Under the pieces are notes generated by a model. The model did no database searches. It was not told the origin of the DNA and was given only the letters and a program-made list of their open reading frames with translations. From assembly GCA_049516875.1 (NCBI GenBank), contig JBEKSS010000003.1, forward strand, positions 32,001 through 96,000: DNA of 64,000 nucleotides, given 5' to 3'. Position numbers and translations under genes: made by a program. Every line of letters starts with the position of its first letter. Position 1 is the first letter of the stretch. The stretch comes from Candidatus Bathyarchaeia archaeon (GTDB lineage: Archaea > Thermoproteota > Bathyarchaeia > Bathyarchaeales > Bathycorpusculaceae). Shown piece by piece: positions 1 through 9,598 of the stretch.

Positions 1-138
1 AGAAAACTGGTTATTAGTAACGAAGTGAATGAGAAGGTGTGGGAAAGGGGCGTAGAGAAACCTCCTAGAAAAATTCGGATAAGAGCTGCAAAAGACAAAG
101 AAGGCAATATTACGGTTTATCTGGCTGAAGGAGATTAA
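1..138 (+). CDS. rpl31e: 50S ribosomal protein L31e (3' part, truncated by window start)
   Basis: Frame 1 reads RKLVISNEVNEKVWERGVEKPPRKIRIRAAKDKEGNITVYLAEGD*, carrying the L31e W-RG-PP motif; conserved position before aIF6. Confidence 0.93.
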   Translation, partial: RKLVISNEVNEKVWERGVEKPPRKIRIRAAKDKEGNITVYLAEGD

Positions 139-141
139 TCC

Positions 142-849
142 TTGGCCATCTACATTTCAAGTCTTATGGGAAGCGCAAGCATAGGTGTCTATTCACTTGC
201 AACAGACAGAATGCTTATAGTTCCAAAATCTGTACCGGCCAAAAAGGCTGAAAGACTCAGCCGATGGTTGAAAGTCAACCTGGTACAGACGGCAATCGGC
301 GGAACCGCACTTGCAGGTGCACTTGCGTGTGCGAATTCAAACGGAATCCTCCTTCCCAGCTTCGTTCGAGAAGAGGAGCTTGAAAGCATAAGGTGCAGTT
401 TCAAAGGAAACATAACGATAATGGAAACCAAGAAAACTGCGTACGGAAACTTGGTTCTGGCAAACGATCACGGCGCAATTGTTGACCCACGATTGAAGAG
501 TTCGGAGCTGCAGAGCATATCTGAGACTCTGTGTGTTGAGACCGTTCCAAGCGAAATTGCCGGACTACCGTACGTCGGCTCCCTATCGGTGGCCACAAAC
601 AAAGGCGTTTTAGCACATCCTTTGTTGAAGGACTCGGAAAGGAAAACCTTGGAAGATGTGTTGAAAGTTCCAGTCGATGTTGGTACAATAAACTGTGGAA
701 TACCCTACGTCGGAACTGGTCTGATCGCCAACAGCCATGCCGCCGTTGCTGGTTTGTTTACGACAGGACCCGAGATGTTTATAATTGGGAGTGCTTTGGA
801 TGTTGTAAAAGAGGATGAAGAGATTGAAAGTTTTCAAAGTAATAGGTGA
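142..849 (+). CDS. eif6: Translation initiation factor 6 (aIF6)
   Basis: Repeated ANSNG/GNLVLANDHG/ATNKG motifs and GTINCG; L31e-aIF6-LX-pfdA-ftsY synteny. Confidence 0.95.
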   Translation: MAIYISSLMGSASIGVYSLATDRMLIVPKSVPAKKAERLSRWLKVNLVQTAIGGTALAGALACANSNGILLPSFVREEELESIRCSFKGNITIMETKKTAYGNLVLANDHGAIVDPRLKSSELQSISETLCVETVPSEIAGLPYVGSLSVATNKGVLAHPLLKDSERKTLEDVLKVPVDVGTINCGIPYVGTGLIANSHAAVAGLFTTGPEMFIIGSALDVVKEDEEIESFQSNR

Positions 850-1063
850 AATCCTGAAACCGAATCTGAAGACTTCTTTCAGAAAGGAGATAGTGGCAGA
901 GAAAGCTGAGCATGCTGTGGAAAAGGTTTACGCCGAGTTAGGAAGCAAACACCGTGTTAAGCGTTACCACATAAAGATAACAAGTGTCGAAGAGATCCCT
1001 CCCGACCAGATAGAAAACCCGTTGCTGAAGAAAATTGTCACCGGTGAGGAAGAGGTTGGCTAG
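815..1063 (+). CDS. rpl18a: 50S ribosomal protein L18a/LX
   Basis: AVEKVYAELGSKHRVKR motif; synteny; start could be TTG at 824. Confidence 0.93.
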   Translation: MKRLKVFKVIGEILKPNLKTSFRKEIVAEKAEHAVEKVYAELGSKHRVKRYHIKITSVEEIPPDQIENPLLKKIVTGEEEVG

Positions 1064-1493
1064 CAAAAACGAGGAAGAGATTCGAAAAATCAGCGTTGAA
1101 CTGCGATTTCTCGAGCAAACGGCAGAGGCGTTACAGTCTAGACTCAACATGTTAAATGCTGTTACCACGGACTTGACCTACGCAAACATGACATTAGAGA
1201 GCCTGGAAAAAGAAAAGGAGAACTCCGAGCTTCTCGTCCCAATCGGCGGCACCTCATACATCAGGGCAAAACTGTACAACCCAGACAAGATAATCGTTGG
1301 AATAGGCGCAGGAGTCTCGGTTGAAAAGACGCGTCAAGAAGCAAAGGAGGTCATCAAAAAGCGTATGGAAGACTTGGGGAAGGCAAGAACAGCAACGCAA
1401 CAACAATTCGCCCAAGTCGCAGAGAAAATCAGCGAAGATAGAGAGAAATTCGAGGCGCTAGTTGCCACGGTAAGAGGAGAGAAAACTTCCTAA
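1056..1493 (+). CDS. pfdA: Prefoldin alpha subunit
   Basis: ELLVPIGG and IIVGIGAGVSVEK hairpins between coiled coils; TTG start at 1056 chosen within ORF 1035-1493. Confidence 0.93.
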   Translation: MASKNEEEIRKISVELRFLEQTAEALQSRLNMLNAVTTDLTYANMTLESLEKEKENSELLVPIGGTSYIRAKLYNPDKIIVGIGAGVSVEKTRQEAKEVIKKRMEDLGKARTATQQQFAQVAEKISEDREKFEALVATVRGEKTS

Positions 1494-1494
1494 A

Positions 1495-2400
1495 ATGTTC
1501 GAGAAGCTGAAATCAGGGTTAAAAGGACTTGTAAACAAGGTCACCACAACCGAACTCAAACCCGAAAACCTGCATCCACTGCTCTCCGAGTTCAAGATGA
1601 ATCTCGTCGAGAACGACGTTGCGTTCCCAGTTGCAGAACGGGTTTGCGACGAAATGGAGAAACGTTTGGACAAAGTCCAGGTTAAGCGACTCGAAGACCG
1701 TAAAAAAATCGTGGAGAAGAACCTCCGGGAAGTTCTTATGGAAACGATGCAGACGAACAGCAGGATAGATCTACTAAAGGCTATTCAAGAGAAACGAAAG
1801 AAAGGCGAACCATACGTCATTGTCTTTGTTGGAATAAACGGCACTGGAAAAACCACGACCATTGCCAAAGTCTGCCGCTTCTTAAACAAGAAAGGATACT
1901 CCGCTGTCATTGCCTGCAGCGACACCTACCGAGCCGGTTCCATTGAACAATTGGAAGAACATGCCAAAAGACTGGGAACAAAGATGATCAAACACGCTTA
2001 CGGGGCTGACCCTGCGGCAGTTGCCTATGACACGATAAGCCACGCCAAAGCACACGGAATAAACGTTGTCCTAATAGACACTGCGGGACGAATGCAGACA
2101 AACAAAAACTTGATGAACGAACTGGCAAAAATCAAACGAGTCGTAAACCCAGACCTGACGATTTTAACCTTGGATTCCCTCATTGGAAACGACGCCGTCA
2201 TGCAGGCAGAAGAGTTCAACAAATGCGTGGGAATAGACGCCACGATATTGACGAAGGTTGACGCTGACGTCAAGGGCGGCTCAGCCTTGAGCGTGACGCA
2301 CGTCACCCAGAAACCAATCTTGTTCATCGGAACAGGGCAAAGATACGACGATTTAGAAGAGTTCAACCCAGAAAGATTCGTCCAAATGATCCTCAAATGA
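1495..2400 (+). CDS. ftsY: Signal recognition particle receptor FtsY
   Basis: GINGTGKTTT, DTAGR and TKVD..KGG SRP-GTPase motifs. Confidence 0.97.
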   Translation: MFEKLKSGLKGLVNKVTTTELKPENLHPLLSEFKMNLVENDVAFPVAERVCDEMEKRLDKVQVKRLEDRKKIVEKNLREVLMETMQTNSRIDLLKAIQEKRKKGEPYVIVFVGINGTGKTTTIAKVCRFLNKKGYSAVIACSDTYRAGSIEQLEEHAKRLGTKMIKHAYGADPAAVAYDTISHAKAHGINVVLIDTAGRMQTNKNLMNELAKIKRVVNPDLTILTLDSLIGNDAVMQAEEFNKCVGIDATILTKVDADVKGGSALSVTHVTQKPILFIGTGQRYDDLEEFNPERFVQMILK

Positions 2401-2431
2401 ACACAGCACGCGGACGCTGTAGCCGAATAGT

Positions 2432-3346
2432 CTAGTACTTTTCAAGCAGTTTCAGCAGAATTGTTTTTGCGGAGTACAGCCGGTTCTCGCTCTGTTCATA
2501 TATCAATGATTTTGGACTTTCAATGACTTCTGCGGTTATTTCGTATCCCCTGTGGATCGGCATGTCATGCATCACATAGGCGCTGCTGTTCTTCAACAAT
2601 TCCATGCTTAACTGATAAGGCATCATCAGCTTGACTCGTTTCTCCTTTTCCACCGCGAATTTCGGGTCAGTGAAGAACTCCATATCCACCCAAGTGTCAG
2701 TGTAAACGAAGTCCGCATCCCTAACAGCCGCTTCCACGTCAAGTGTTGTCTCCCAAAGCCCAGTTCCCCGGGCATCTTCCAGAAGTTCATCGTCACGCGC
2801 AGGCTCATTGAATACCGGCGTCACAGTGGTTATTCTGACGCCCGTCTTGGTGCATCCCTCCACGAGCGAGTTGCAAACGTTGTTATGGATACCTATGTAG
2901 ACGAGTTTCGCACCCTTCAACTTCCCCTTCTTCTCTTTGAGAGTAATCAAGTCAGCGATTGCCTGGCTGGGATGATACTTTTCGTCGCAGCCGTTGATAA
3001 CAGGGACGCGTGAATTCTTGGCCATAGCTTCCAGATCAGTGTTTTTCAGCAGCCTCGCCATTATGCAGTCAACATTGCGAGAGAGATATTGAGTCTCATC
3101 ACCTATGTTTGCAAGGGCAAAGTTCGTCGTCCTCCAGTCGATGAAGAGGCCGTGGCCACCGAGTTGAGTCATGGCTACCTCAAAAGAGACCCGTGTTCTG
3201 GTGGAAGTTTTTTGAAAAATAAGAGCTAGAGACTTGCCCTCCAATGCCTTTCGATACTTTCCGGGGTCACGCTTGATTTGGATACCCTTATCAACCATTT
3301 CTGCAAGTTGCTGTCCACTCAATTCCTTAAAATTAATCAGATGCAT
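2432..3346 (-). CDS. argF: Ornithine carbamoyltransferase (transcarbamylase family)
   Basis: FQKTSTRTR and HPSQ motifs and ENRL; likely start MHLINFK at 3346. Confidence 0.85.
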   Translation of the reverse strand: MHLINFKELSGQQLAEMVDKGIQIKRDPGKYRKALEGKSLALIFQKTSTRTRVSFEVAMTQLGGHGLFIDWRTTNFALANIGDETQYLSRNVDCIMARLLKNTDLEAMAKNSRVPVINGCDEKYHPSQAIADLITLKEKKGKLKGAKLVYIGIHNNVCNSLVEGCTKTGVRITTVTPVFNEPARDDELLEDARGTGLWETTLDVEAAVRDADFVYTDTWVDMEFFTDPKFAVEKEKRVKLMMPYQLSMELLKNSSAYVMHDMPIHRGYEITAEVIESPKSLIYEQSENRLYSAKTILLKLLEKY

Positions 3347-3456
3347 GTCTTCCACCTTTAGCTGAGCTTTAAACGCTTCAACCAATTTCAACAATTATAA
3401 GCTTTGTGCAAACCTTTTTCTCAGAAGACCATACCTCACATATGGAAGAGTGGACG

Positions 3457-4281
3457 ATGATTCTGGTTGTGGCCTCAAACAAGGATCCAGCAAGCCTGAA
3501 CATCAAAAAGCAGATTCTGACCCATTACCGTTTCAACGAAACAACAGAAAGATTCCAAGAAAACACGACCTATGCCAGCCAAGTCAACAGCAAAGATGTC
3601 AAGCTCATAACCCTAAACCAAGAATCCATACACGCGCAGGATTTGACCACGTTCTTCACAGAACCAGAACTTGTAGTGTTCATTTCAAGACACAGCAGCA
3701 TGAGCGGTACACCGACTCTTTCGGTTCACACACCCGGCAATTTGGGCGAAGCAGAGCTTGGCGGTAACCCGAGGGATGTTTCGGTTTCTCCAGCTAATGC
3801 AATGCGAGACGCTTTGAAGGTCATGGCGAAAATGAAAGAAGAAATACAGCTCAAGTATCAAGTTTCATATGAAAGCACTCATCACGGACCATCATTGAAT
3901 GCCCCAACCATGTTTGCCGAACTTGGAAGCTCACCTGAACAATGGAGCGATGCAGCAGCTGCTGAAGCCGTTGCACATGCGACAATGGAGGCGGTCTCAA
4001 AATTCGGCAGTTTTCCAGCCGAAACAGTTCTGGGCATAGGTGGACCGCACTACAACAGCAAGTTTACTAGGAAGGCCTTAGAGAAGCAAGTTGCGTTCGG
4101 ACACATGATCGCTAAGCATTCCGTACCGCAGATAAGCTCAGAAATACTTCAGCAATGCATCAGAAAAACGTTAGAAAAAGTAGAATACGTTGTCCTGGAC
4201 TGGAAAGGAATAAGGGGAGACGACAAACCGAGACTGATCGAAATGCTCAACGAGACAGGCCTTCAGATCCAAAAAGTTTAA
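3457..4281 (+). CDS. dtdA: D-aminoacyl-tRNA deacylase (archaeal DTD2/GEK1 type)
   Basis: SRHSS, LSVHTPGN, ESTHHGP, ELGSS and GGPHY motifs. Confidence 0.92.
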   Translation: MILVVASNKDPASLNIKKQILTHYRFNETTERFQENTTYASQVNSKDVKLITLNQESIHAQDLTTFFTEPELVVFISRHSSMSGTPTLSVHTPGNLGEAELGGNPRDVSVSPANAMRDALKVMAKMKEEIQLKYQVSYESTHHGPSLNAPTMFAELGSSPEQWSDAAAAEAVAHATMEAVSKFGSFPAETVLGIGGPHYNSKFTRKALEKQVAFGHMIAKHSVPQISSEILQQCIRKTLEKVEYVVLDWKGIRGDDKPRLIEMLNETGLQIQKV

Positions 4282-4323
4282 CCTTGTCCTTTAACAACTT
4301 TCCCTTTGTACGAGAAGAATTAG

Positions 4324-5013
4324 ATGAAAACCATTGAAGCAAGCGCGTTGATTCTATTACTGTTATTTGCAGCTTCAATTGTCAGCGTTTCAGCCGTGAC
4401 AAGCTTCAGTTTTGGTGGAAAAAGTGGAGACTGGATAAAATACGAGTTGCAAGAAACATTCAGTTTGGCAGGTGAGCAATCGGAGACAATAGAGTTTCTG
4501 AACGTTACAGGGACAACGGTGACGGTTCGGGCGACATTTTACATGGGGAGCTTGCCAATGAACAAAACACAGACCGTTGATTTGACATCCCAAGATGATT
4601 TTTCAATGGCACCATGGTTCAATGCACGTGTGTATTTCATTCCTGGAGGATTGGACATAAATGATTCCATTTACCTAGGCGAACCGTTTGGCAATACAAC
4701 CATCGTGGGCGAAACAACGGGATCTTACGCAGGCGCAGACAGAAGAGTCATCTACGCAAACTTCACAACAAAGCAAGGTAACAACTACACCTTTTACTGG
4801 GACAAACAGACTGGTGTCTTGACAGAGGGAACGATGGTTCTCGGTACCGGATTTACAGATGTCCTCGTGAGCGACACAAACATGTGGAGCCCGGAAGTAC
4901 CATGGTGGCTCTGGATCGTCCTCTGGATCATCATCATAATTGTCATTGCGCTTGGCGTGTTATCCTCAAAAAAGAGCATTGTGAAAAGGTTTCGCAGAAA
5001 ACGCGATGCTTAG
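4324..5013 (+). CDS. Hypothetical cell-surface protein with signal peptide and C-terminal membrane anchor
   Basis: Hydrophobic N-terminus, beta-rich body (GDWIKY, YWDKQTGVL), C-terminal TM helix followed by a Lys/Arg-rich tail. Confidence 0.8.
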   Translation: MKTIEASALILLLLFAASIVSVSAVTSFSFGGKSGDWIKYELQETFSLAGEQSETIEFLNVTGTTVTVRATFYMGSLPMNKTQTVDLTSQDDFSMAPWFNARVYFIPGGLDINDSIYLGEPFGNTTIVGETTGSYAGADRRVIYANFTTKQGNNYTFYWDKQTGVLTEGTMVLGTGFTDVLVSDTNMWSPEVPWWLWIVLWIIIIIVIALGVLSSKKSIVKRFRRKRDA

Positions 5014-5328
5014 CTTGCCTCCGTTACAGGTCATTTCTTCTGTCCGTTTCTCAAGAGGCGCAGGCTGCAAACAGTCGCCAACAGGCCTCATCTTGACAGG
5101 ATAAAGAAGCAATTCAAGACTTGACGATGAAGGCAGCTCAGAAGAGCATGAAGAGAGCTGCTTATGAACAAATGTAGACGATTTGACAGACTCGAATGCC
5201 AAGATTGCATTTACAAGGCGCGTCGCACGCGCCACTCAGCGAAAGAAGACAGAAGCCTCTTCTAGTACTTAGTTAGACAAACTCTTAATTTAACGCGTGG
5301 CATATAGTCCATAGAGAAAGGGGACGCG

Positions 5329-7497
5329 ATGAGTAGAGTAGTTCCTGGAATAATATTGGCATTGCTCTTAACCAACGTGTTTCTAGTGACTCTTGACGTC
5401 AAACCAGCCAAAGAAACCGCAACTCTAGCAGATAACATCGCATCGATACTTAACAACGTAAACTTCAACACAGGATCCTTGACAACCACACATTATGGAG
5501 TCATTTTCAACAAACTTCCTCTGAATGCTTACGATTCAACTACTAGCACGGACGGAACTGACAACTCCTTTGACTCAGCATTGTGGATCGAGAGGATGGC
5601 GCAAGTTGACGGTTACACCTCTGCAACCTTAGACGCAAATGCAAAAAATGCTCTGCAAAACATGGCCATGATAGGCCACATTCCCATAACTTACGACCCG
5701 CAGGCATGTTGGTTGGACTACCACAGGTTTATCTGCGAAGCTTTTGACTGGGCGCAGAGTTGGGGCGTATCAAGATGGGACACGCAGGCATGTTTCAATG
5801 AAGTCTTGGTTGCCTACCAGAGCCACGGCTCACCACTGCTCGGCTATCCAGGCTGGGCGTTCTCGTCTAGATACTACGATGAGTATGCCGAAAGTCTAGA
5901 CATTTTCAACAAGCTCAACGGATCAGATCAAGGTCTCTGGCAGGCTATAAACGACAAACATTGGAGCAGTTCCGCACAACTATACGGTTACACGGCTGGG
6001 AGCTCTATGTACGAGTGTGAGGCTGGACCATTTGCGTTTATCATCGCGTACTATCGTGCTACCCACGGCAACGACATTCCCTATTTCGACAGGATCGCAA
6101 CCGACTTGAGAACAAAGTTTTTGGCGAACGGATGGAGCAGCCCAGCGTGGGGGCAGCCTGGCATCGTTCAGCACGCTACTAGTAACCCTCAATTAAGATT
6201 GCAGAATACATTCATTGCCATAGCCGCCATGCAACTGTACTACAAAATTGCGCCTTGGCAAACCGAGTTTGTCAACATGCTGAATGGTACAACCTATCCC
6301 TCGGCATGGCAGGGCGCGTTGAACAGTCAACTCTTTGACGGAACCAAATTTGCAATGCTCTCTGGTCAAGCTGGTTCAGACGAAGCAAGTGCTGTTGGAT
6401 TGATGATGCTGTTCTTGGAAGGAATAATCCCTGATACCGGAAGCCTTGCAATGCCGATTTCGGAAGAAAGGTACGAGGACACATTGTCTTTCACGCCAGC
6501 CTCCAACTTCAACTATGACTCGAACAATCACAGAATAAGGATTCCAGTGTGGGCTGGAACATTGAAGTTTCAGTTCGGCTCGCAAATCACGTCGGCAAAC
6601 TTTCCTTCCGACGGAGTATACGAAGTCCAATTCAGTAGTGACTGGAACACTGTAACCAGCGTAAACGAGGTTTCTTCACTTTCACCGAATTTCTACTACA
6701 TGAATCGTTCTTCTCAAACACCGTCCACATACAATGCCACAGTTAATGCTTACTGCAGCCAAGAGAACAACTATGTTAATGTGAGCTTATCGATCGACGG
6801 TGTATCGTCCGGCTTTACTCCGTGCACATTTGCTGCGTTGACGGGGACACATACTTTTACAGTGCCAAACACCGACCAAGATGGCCATCCATTCACGCAA
6901 TGGAATACTGGCCAAACAAGCACTACTGTGACCGTTAGTTCAGGCGGAACATATACGGCGTACTACAGAGCACCTGTGCATGCCGTCGCCATCACGGATG
7001 TTACATGTTCAAAAACTGTTGTTGGTCAAGGCTACAGCCTAAACGTGACCGTTACAGCAGCAGACTTGGGCGACTACCCAGAAACGTTCAACACAACGAT
7101 CTATGCTAATGCGATGGCCATATACGTGCAGGCGGTGAACCTGGAAAACGGCGCGTCAACAACACTCTCCTTCGCCTGGGACACGACGAACTTTGCTTAT
7201 GGCAACTACACCATAAGCGCTTATGCTTCGCCTGTTCTAGGAGAAAACGACACAACAAACAACACTTGCGTTTCCGACGTTCCAGTCCATGTGGGCCTTC
7301 CTGGCGACATGTCCAGCACAGTACCAGGCGTTTATGACGGAATTGTCAATATGAAAGACATAGCCTATCTGGTAGTGAAATTCAATACTTTTTCAGAGAA
7401 AGCCGGCTGGGATCCAAACGCGGACGTCAACAACGACGGCCTCTGCAACATGAGCGACATAGCAATAGCCATCGTCAACTTCAACAAACACGAATAA
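5329..7497 (+). CDS. Secreted multidomain protein: putative helical glycosidase-like domain, Ig-like/CARDB domains and C-terminal dockerin-like domain
   Basis: Signal peptide; Trp/Tyr-rich N-terminal ~380 aa; CARDB-like HAVAITDV...TVVGQG...ETFN; duplicated Ca-binding loops GD...DGIVNMKD and ADVNNDGLCNMSD. Confidence 0.8.
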   Translation: MSRVVPGIILALLLTNVFLVTLDVKPAKETATLADNIASILNNVNFNTGSLTTTHYGVIFNKLPLNAYDSTTSTDGTDNSFDSALWIERMAQVDGYTSATLDANAKNALQNMAMIGHIPITYDPQACWLDYHRFICEAFDWAQSWGVSRWDTQACFNEVLVAYQSHGSPLLGYPGWAFSSRYYDEYAESLDIFNKLNGSDQGLWQAINDKHWSSSAQLYGYTAGSSMYECEAGPFAFIIAYYRATHGNDIPYFDRIATDLRTKFLANGWSSPAWGQPGIVQHATSNPQLRLQNTFIAIAAMQLYYKIAPWQTEFVNMLNGTTYPSAWQGALNSQLFDGTKFAMLSGQAGSDEASAVGLMMLFLEGIIPDTGSLAMPISEERYEDTLSFTPASNFNYDSNNHRIRIPVWAGTLKFQFGSQITSANFPSDGVYEVQFSSDWNTVTSVNEVSSLSPNFYYMNRSSQTPSTYNATVNAYCSQENNYVNVSLSIDGVSSGFTPCTFAALTGTHTFTVPNTDQDGHPFTQWNTGQTSTTVTVSSGGTYTAYYRAPVHAVAITDVTCSKTVVGQGYSLNVTVTAADLGDYPETFNTTIYANAMAIYVQAVNLENGASTTLSFAWDTTNFAYGNYTISAYASPVLGENDTTNNTCVSDVPVHVGLPGDMSSTVPGVYDGIVNMKDIAYLVVKFNTFSEKAGWDPNADVNNDGLCNMSDIAIAIVNFNKHE

Positions 7498-7686
7498 ACT
7501 TACATAGTTCGCCTCCACTCACAGGCGACATATCATAGACACCAGCACGCCTTAAAAAGACATAAATACTCGCCTACGTCTTCTTAAAAAAGCGCAGTAG
7601 AAGAAAAAGACTTGCCAACCTAGGTAATTGGTTAGGTTCCAAGCAAGCAATGATATCAGGTAAGAATGTTGAGAGAGCGATGAATC

Positions 7687-7872
7687 ATGGGCTTAAGAGA
7701 TTTCCTGTCTCAGTGTGCAAGAACATTAAGACTTGCTGTTAAACCTGGAAGAAGCGAGCTTTGGCTCTCAATAAAGATATGCCTTCTAGGCATCGCAGCA
7801 ATCGGATTGATAGGGTATATAATCAAAGTGATATCAGCCGTTGTGAACCCTGGCGGCGCAACCACTGGTTGA
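7687..7872 (+). CDS. secE: Protein translocase SecE/Sec61 gamma
   Basis: RTLRLAVKP.R.E motif plus one TM helix; precedes spt5. Confidence 0.92.
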   Translation: MGLRDFLSQCARTLRLAVKPGRSELWLSIKICLLGIAAIGLIGYIIKVISAVVNPGGATTG

Positions 7873-7893
7873 GCCTAGAAGGAAGAAGCTTTC

Positions 7894-8382
7894 ATGGAGA
7901 GGCACGAGGAAATCCCGACAAAGATTTTTGCAGTGAAGACAACAACCGGCCAAGAGAGGAATGTTGCTAGACTCGTTGCCGCAAAAGTCGAAATGAAAAA
8001 GATACCTGTCAGGACCATTCTCGTGCCCGAAGCATTAAGGGGATACGTCTTCATAGAGGCTCAAGGCCCCCATCTGGTGGAAGAAGCCATAACAGGCGTG
8101 AAACACGTGCGGTCAAGGATTCCGGGCATCGTGAGCTTCGCAGAGATTGAAAGATACATCGTCAAAAAACCAATCATTGAAGAGTTAAATGAAAATGACA
8201 TAGTCGAAGTGACGGGCGGACCATTCAAAGGCATGCGAGCAAAAATAACTCGAATTGACAAAACCAAGGCAGAGGTTACCCTCGAGTTGCTAGAAGCAAC
8301 CTTCACACTGCCAATAACCGTGAATTCCGATTACGTAAAGCTGGTTGAAAAGTCCAAAGCCGCAAGCGGGGGTGAATTGTAA
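7894..8382 (+). CDS. spt5: Transcription elongation factor Spt5
   Basis: NGN domain (TTTGQE, LRGYVFIE) plus KOW domain (GGPFKG). Confidence 0.96.
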   Translation: MERHEEIPTKIFAVKTTTGQERNVARLVAAKVEMKKIPVRTILVPEALRGYVFIEAQGPHLVEEAITGVKHVRSRIPGIVSFAEIERYIVKKPIIEELNENDIVEVTGGPFKGMRAKITRIDKTKAEVTLELLEATFTLPITVNSDYVKLVEKSKAASGGEL

Positions 8383-8383
8383 A

Positions 8384-8872
8384 ATGGCTGACAAGAAAAC
8401 CGTGGAACTCCTAGTTAGCGGAGGACAAGCAAACGCAGGACCACCCTTGGGCCCAGCACTCGGCCCCTTAGGCGTAAACGTCATGGCGATTGTGAATAGA
8501 ATAAATGAATTGACAAAAGACTACGCTGGAATGAAGGTTCCAGTGAAGGTGCTTGTGGACCCCGACACCAAGCAGTTTGACGTGACCATTGGAACGCCCA
8601 CTGCCTCCGCCCTAATTGTCAGCGAACTCAAAATCGAGAAAGGCTCAGGTACTCCAAGCACACAGAAAGTCGGCAACCTCACAATCGACCAAGTGGTGCG
8701 CATAGCAAAGATGAAACGCGCAGAGCTTCTAGCAAGAACCCTCAAGACAGCAACAAAGGAGATTCTTGGAGTCTGCGTTAGCATGGGAGTGACCGCTGAA
8801 GGCAAAGATCCCCGTGAAGTGCAGCGGGAAATTGACGAAGGCAAGTACGACGAGATACTTAGTAAGAGTTAG
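8384..8872 (+). CDS. rpl11: 50S ribosomal protein L11
   Basis: GPPLGPALGPLG motif; ATG at 8384. Confidence 0.97.
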   Translation: MADKKTVELLVSGGQANAGPPLGPALGPLGVNVMAIVNRINELTKDYAGMKVPVKVLVDPDTKQFDVTIGTPTASALIVSELKIEKGSGTPSTQKVGNLTIDQVVRIAKMKRAELLARTLKTATKEILGVCVSMGVTAEGKDPREVQREIDEGKYDEILSKS

Positions 8873-8931
8873 AGCCAAGCGAATATTTTTATAACCCCGT
8901 TCCATTCCCTCATTGGCACGAGGACTCCAAA

Positions 8932-9582
8932 ATGCCCTTAGACCAAAAAACGATACTGAACGCAGTAAAAGAAGCAAGGGAGAAATCTGAAAAGAGAAAG
9001 TTTAACCAATCAGTAGAGCTAATCCTGAAACTACAAGACATCGACATGAAATCGCCCGAAGCCAGAATACAAGAAATTGTCGAGCTACCCTACGCCCTTG
9101 AGAAACCAAACAAAATCTGCGTCATTGCGTCAGGAGAACTCGCAATGAAAGCGAGGAAGGCAAACGCAGACCACGTTGTTGAAAAATCTGAGCTTGAAAG
9201 CTTAGCCGGCAAGAAACAGGAAATGCGGAAGATAGCTAACGAGTACGATTTTTTCATCGCTGAAGCCCCATTGATGCCTTTGGTCGGAAAAACCTTGGGT
9301 TCCGTCTTGGGTCCAAGGGGGAAAATGCCTGTACCAGTGCCACCGTCAGCAGACATAGCCAGCCTAATAGCAAAACACCGAAAAACGGTTACGGTAAGAT
9401 TGCGCAACCAACCGATTCTGCAGTCTCGCATCGGAATGGAGAACATGAAAGACGAAGAGATAACTGAGAACATCCTAGTGGTCCTGAGGGTTCTAGAAGG
9501 AAAACTCAAGAGAGGAATGAAAAACATAAAGGTCGCCTACATCAAAACAGCCATGGGTGCGCCCGTGAAGGTTAAACCGTAG
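8932..9582 (+). CDS. rpl1: 50S ribosomal protein L1
   Basis: RKFNQSVEL and LGSVLGPRGKMP motifs. Confidence 0.97.
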   Translation: MPLDQKTILNAVKEAREKSEKRKFNQSVELILKLQDIDMKSPEARIQEIVELPYALEKPNKICVIASGELAMKARKANADHVVEKSELESLAGKKQEMRKIANEYDFFIAEAPLMPLVGKTLGSVLGPRGKMPVPVPPSADIASLIAKHRKTVTVRLRNQPILQSRIGMENMKDEEITENILVVLRVLEGKLKRGMKNIKVAYIKTAMGAPVKVKP

Positions 9583-9598
9583 AAAGAGGAAAAAGTGG

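Noticed and set aside
4966-5235. 89-aa minus-strand ORF and a 7-bp GC hairpin (GGCGCGT-CGC-ACGCGCC, 5217-5233)
   Set aside because: The ORF is Ser-rich with no family features and overlaps a real gene; the hairpin is short, has a 3-nt loop and shows no ncRNA signature
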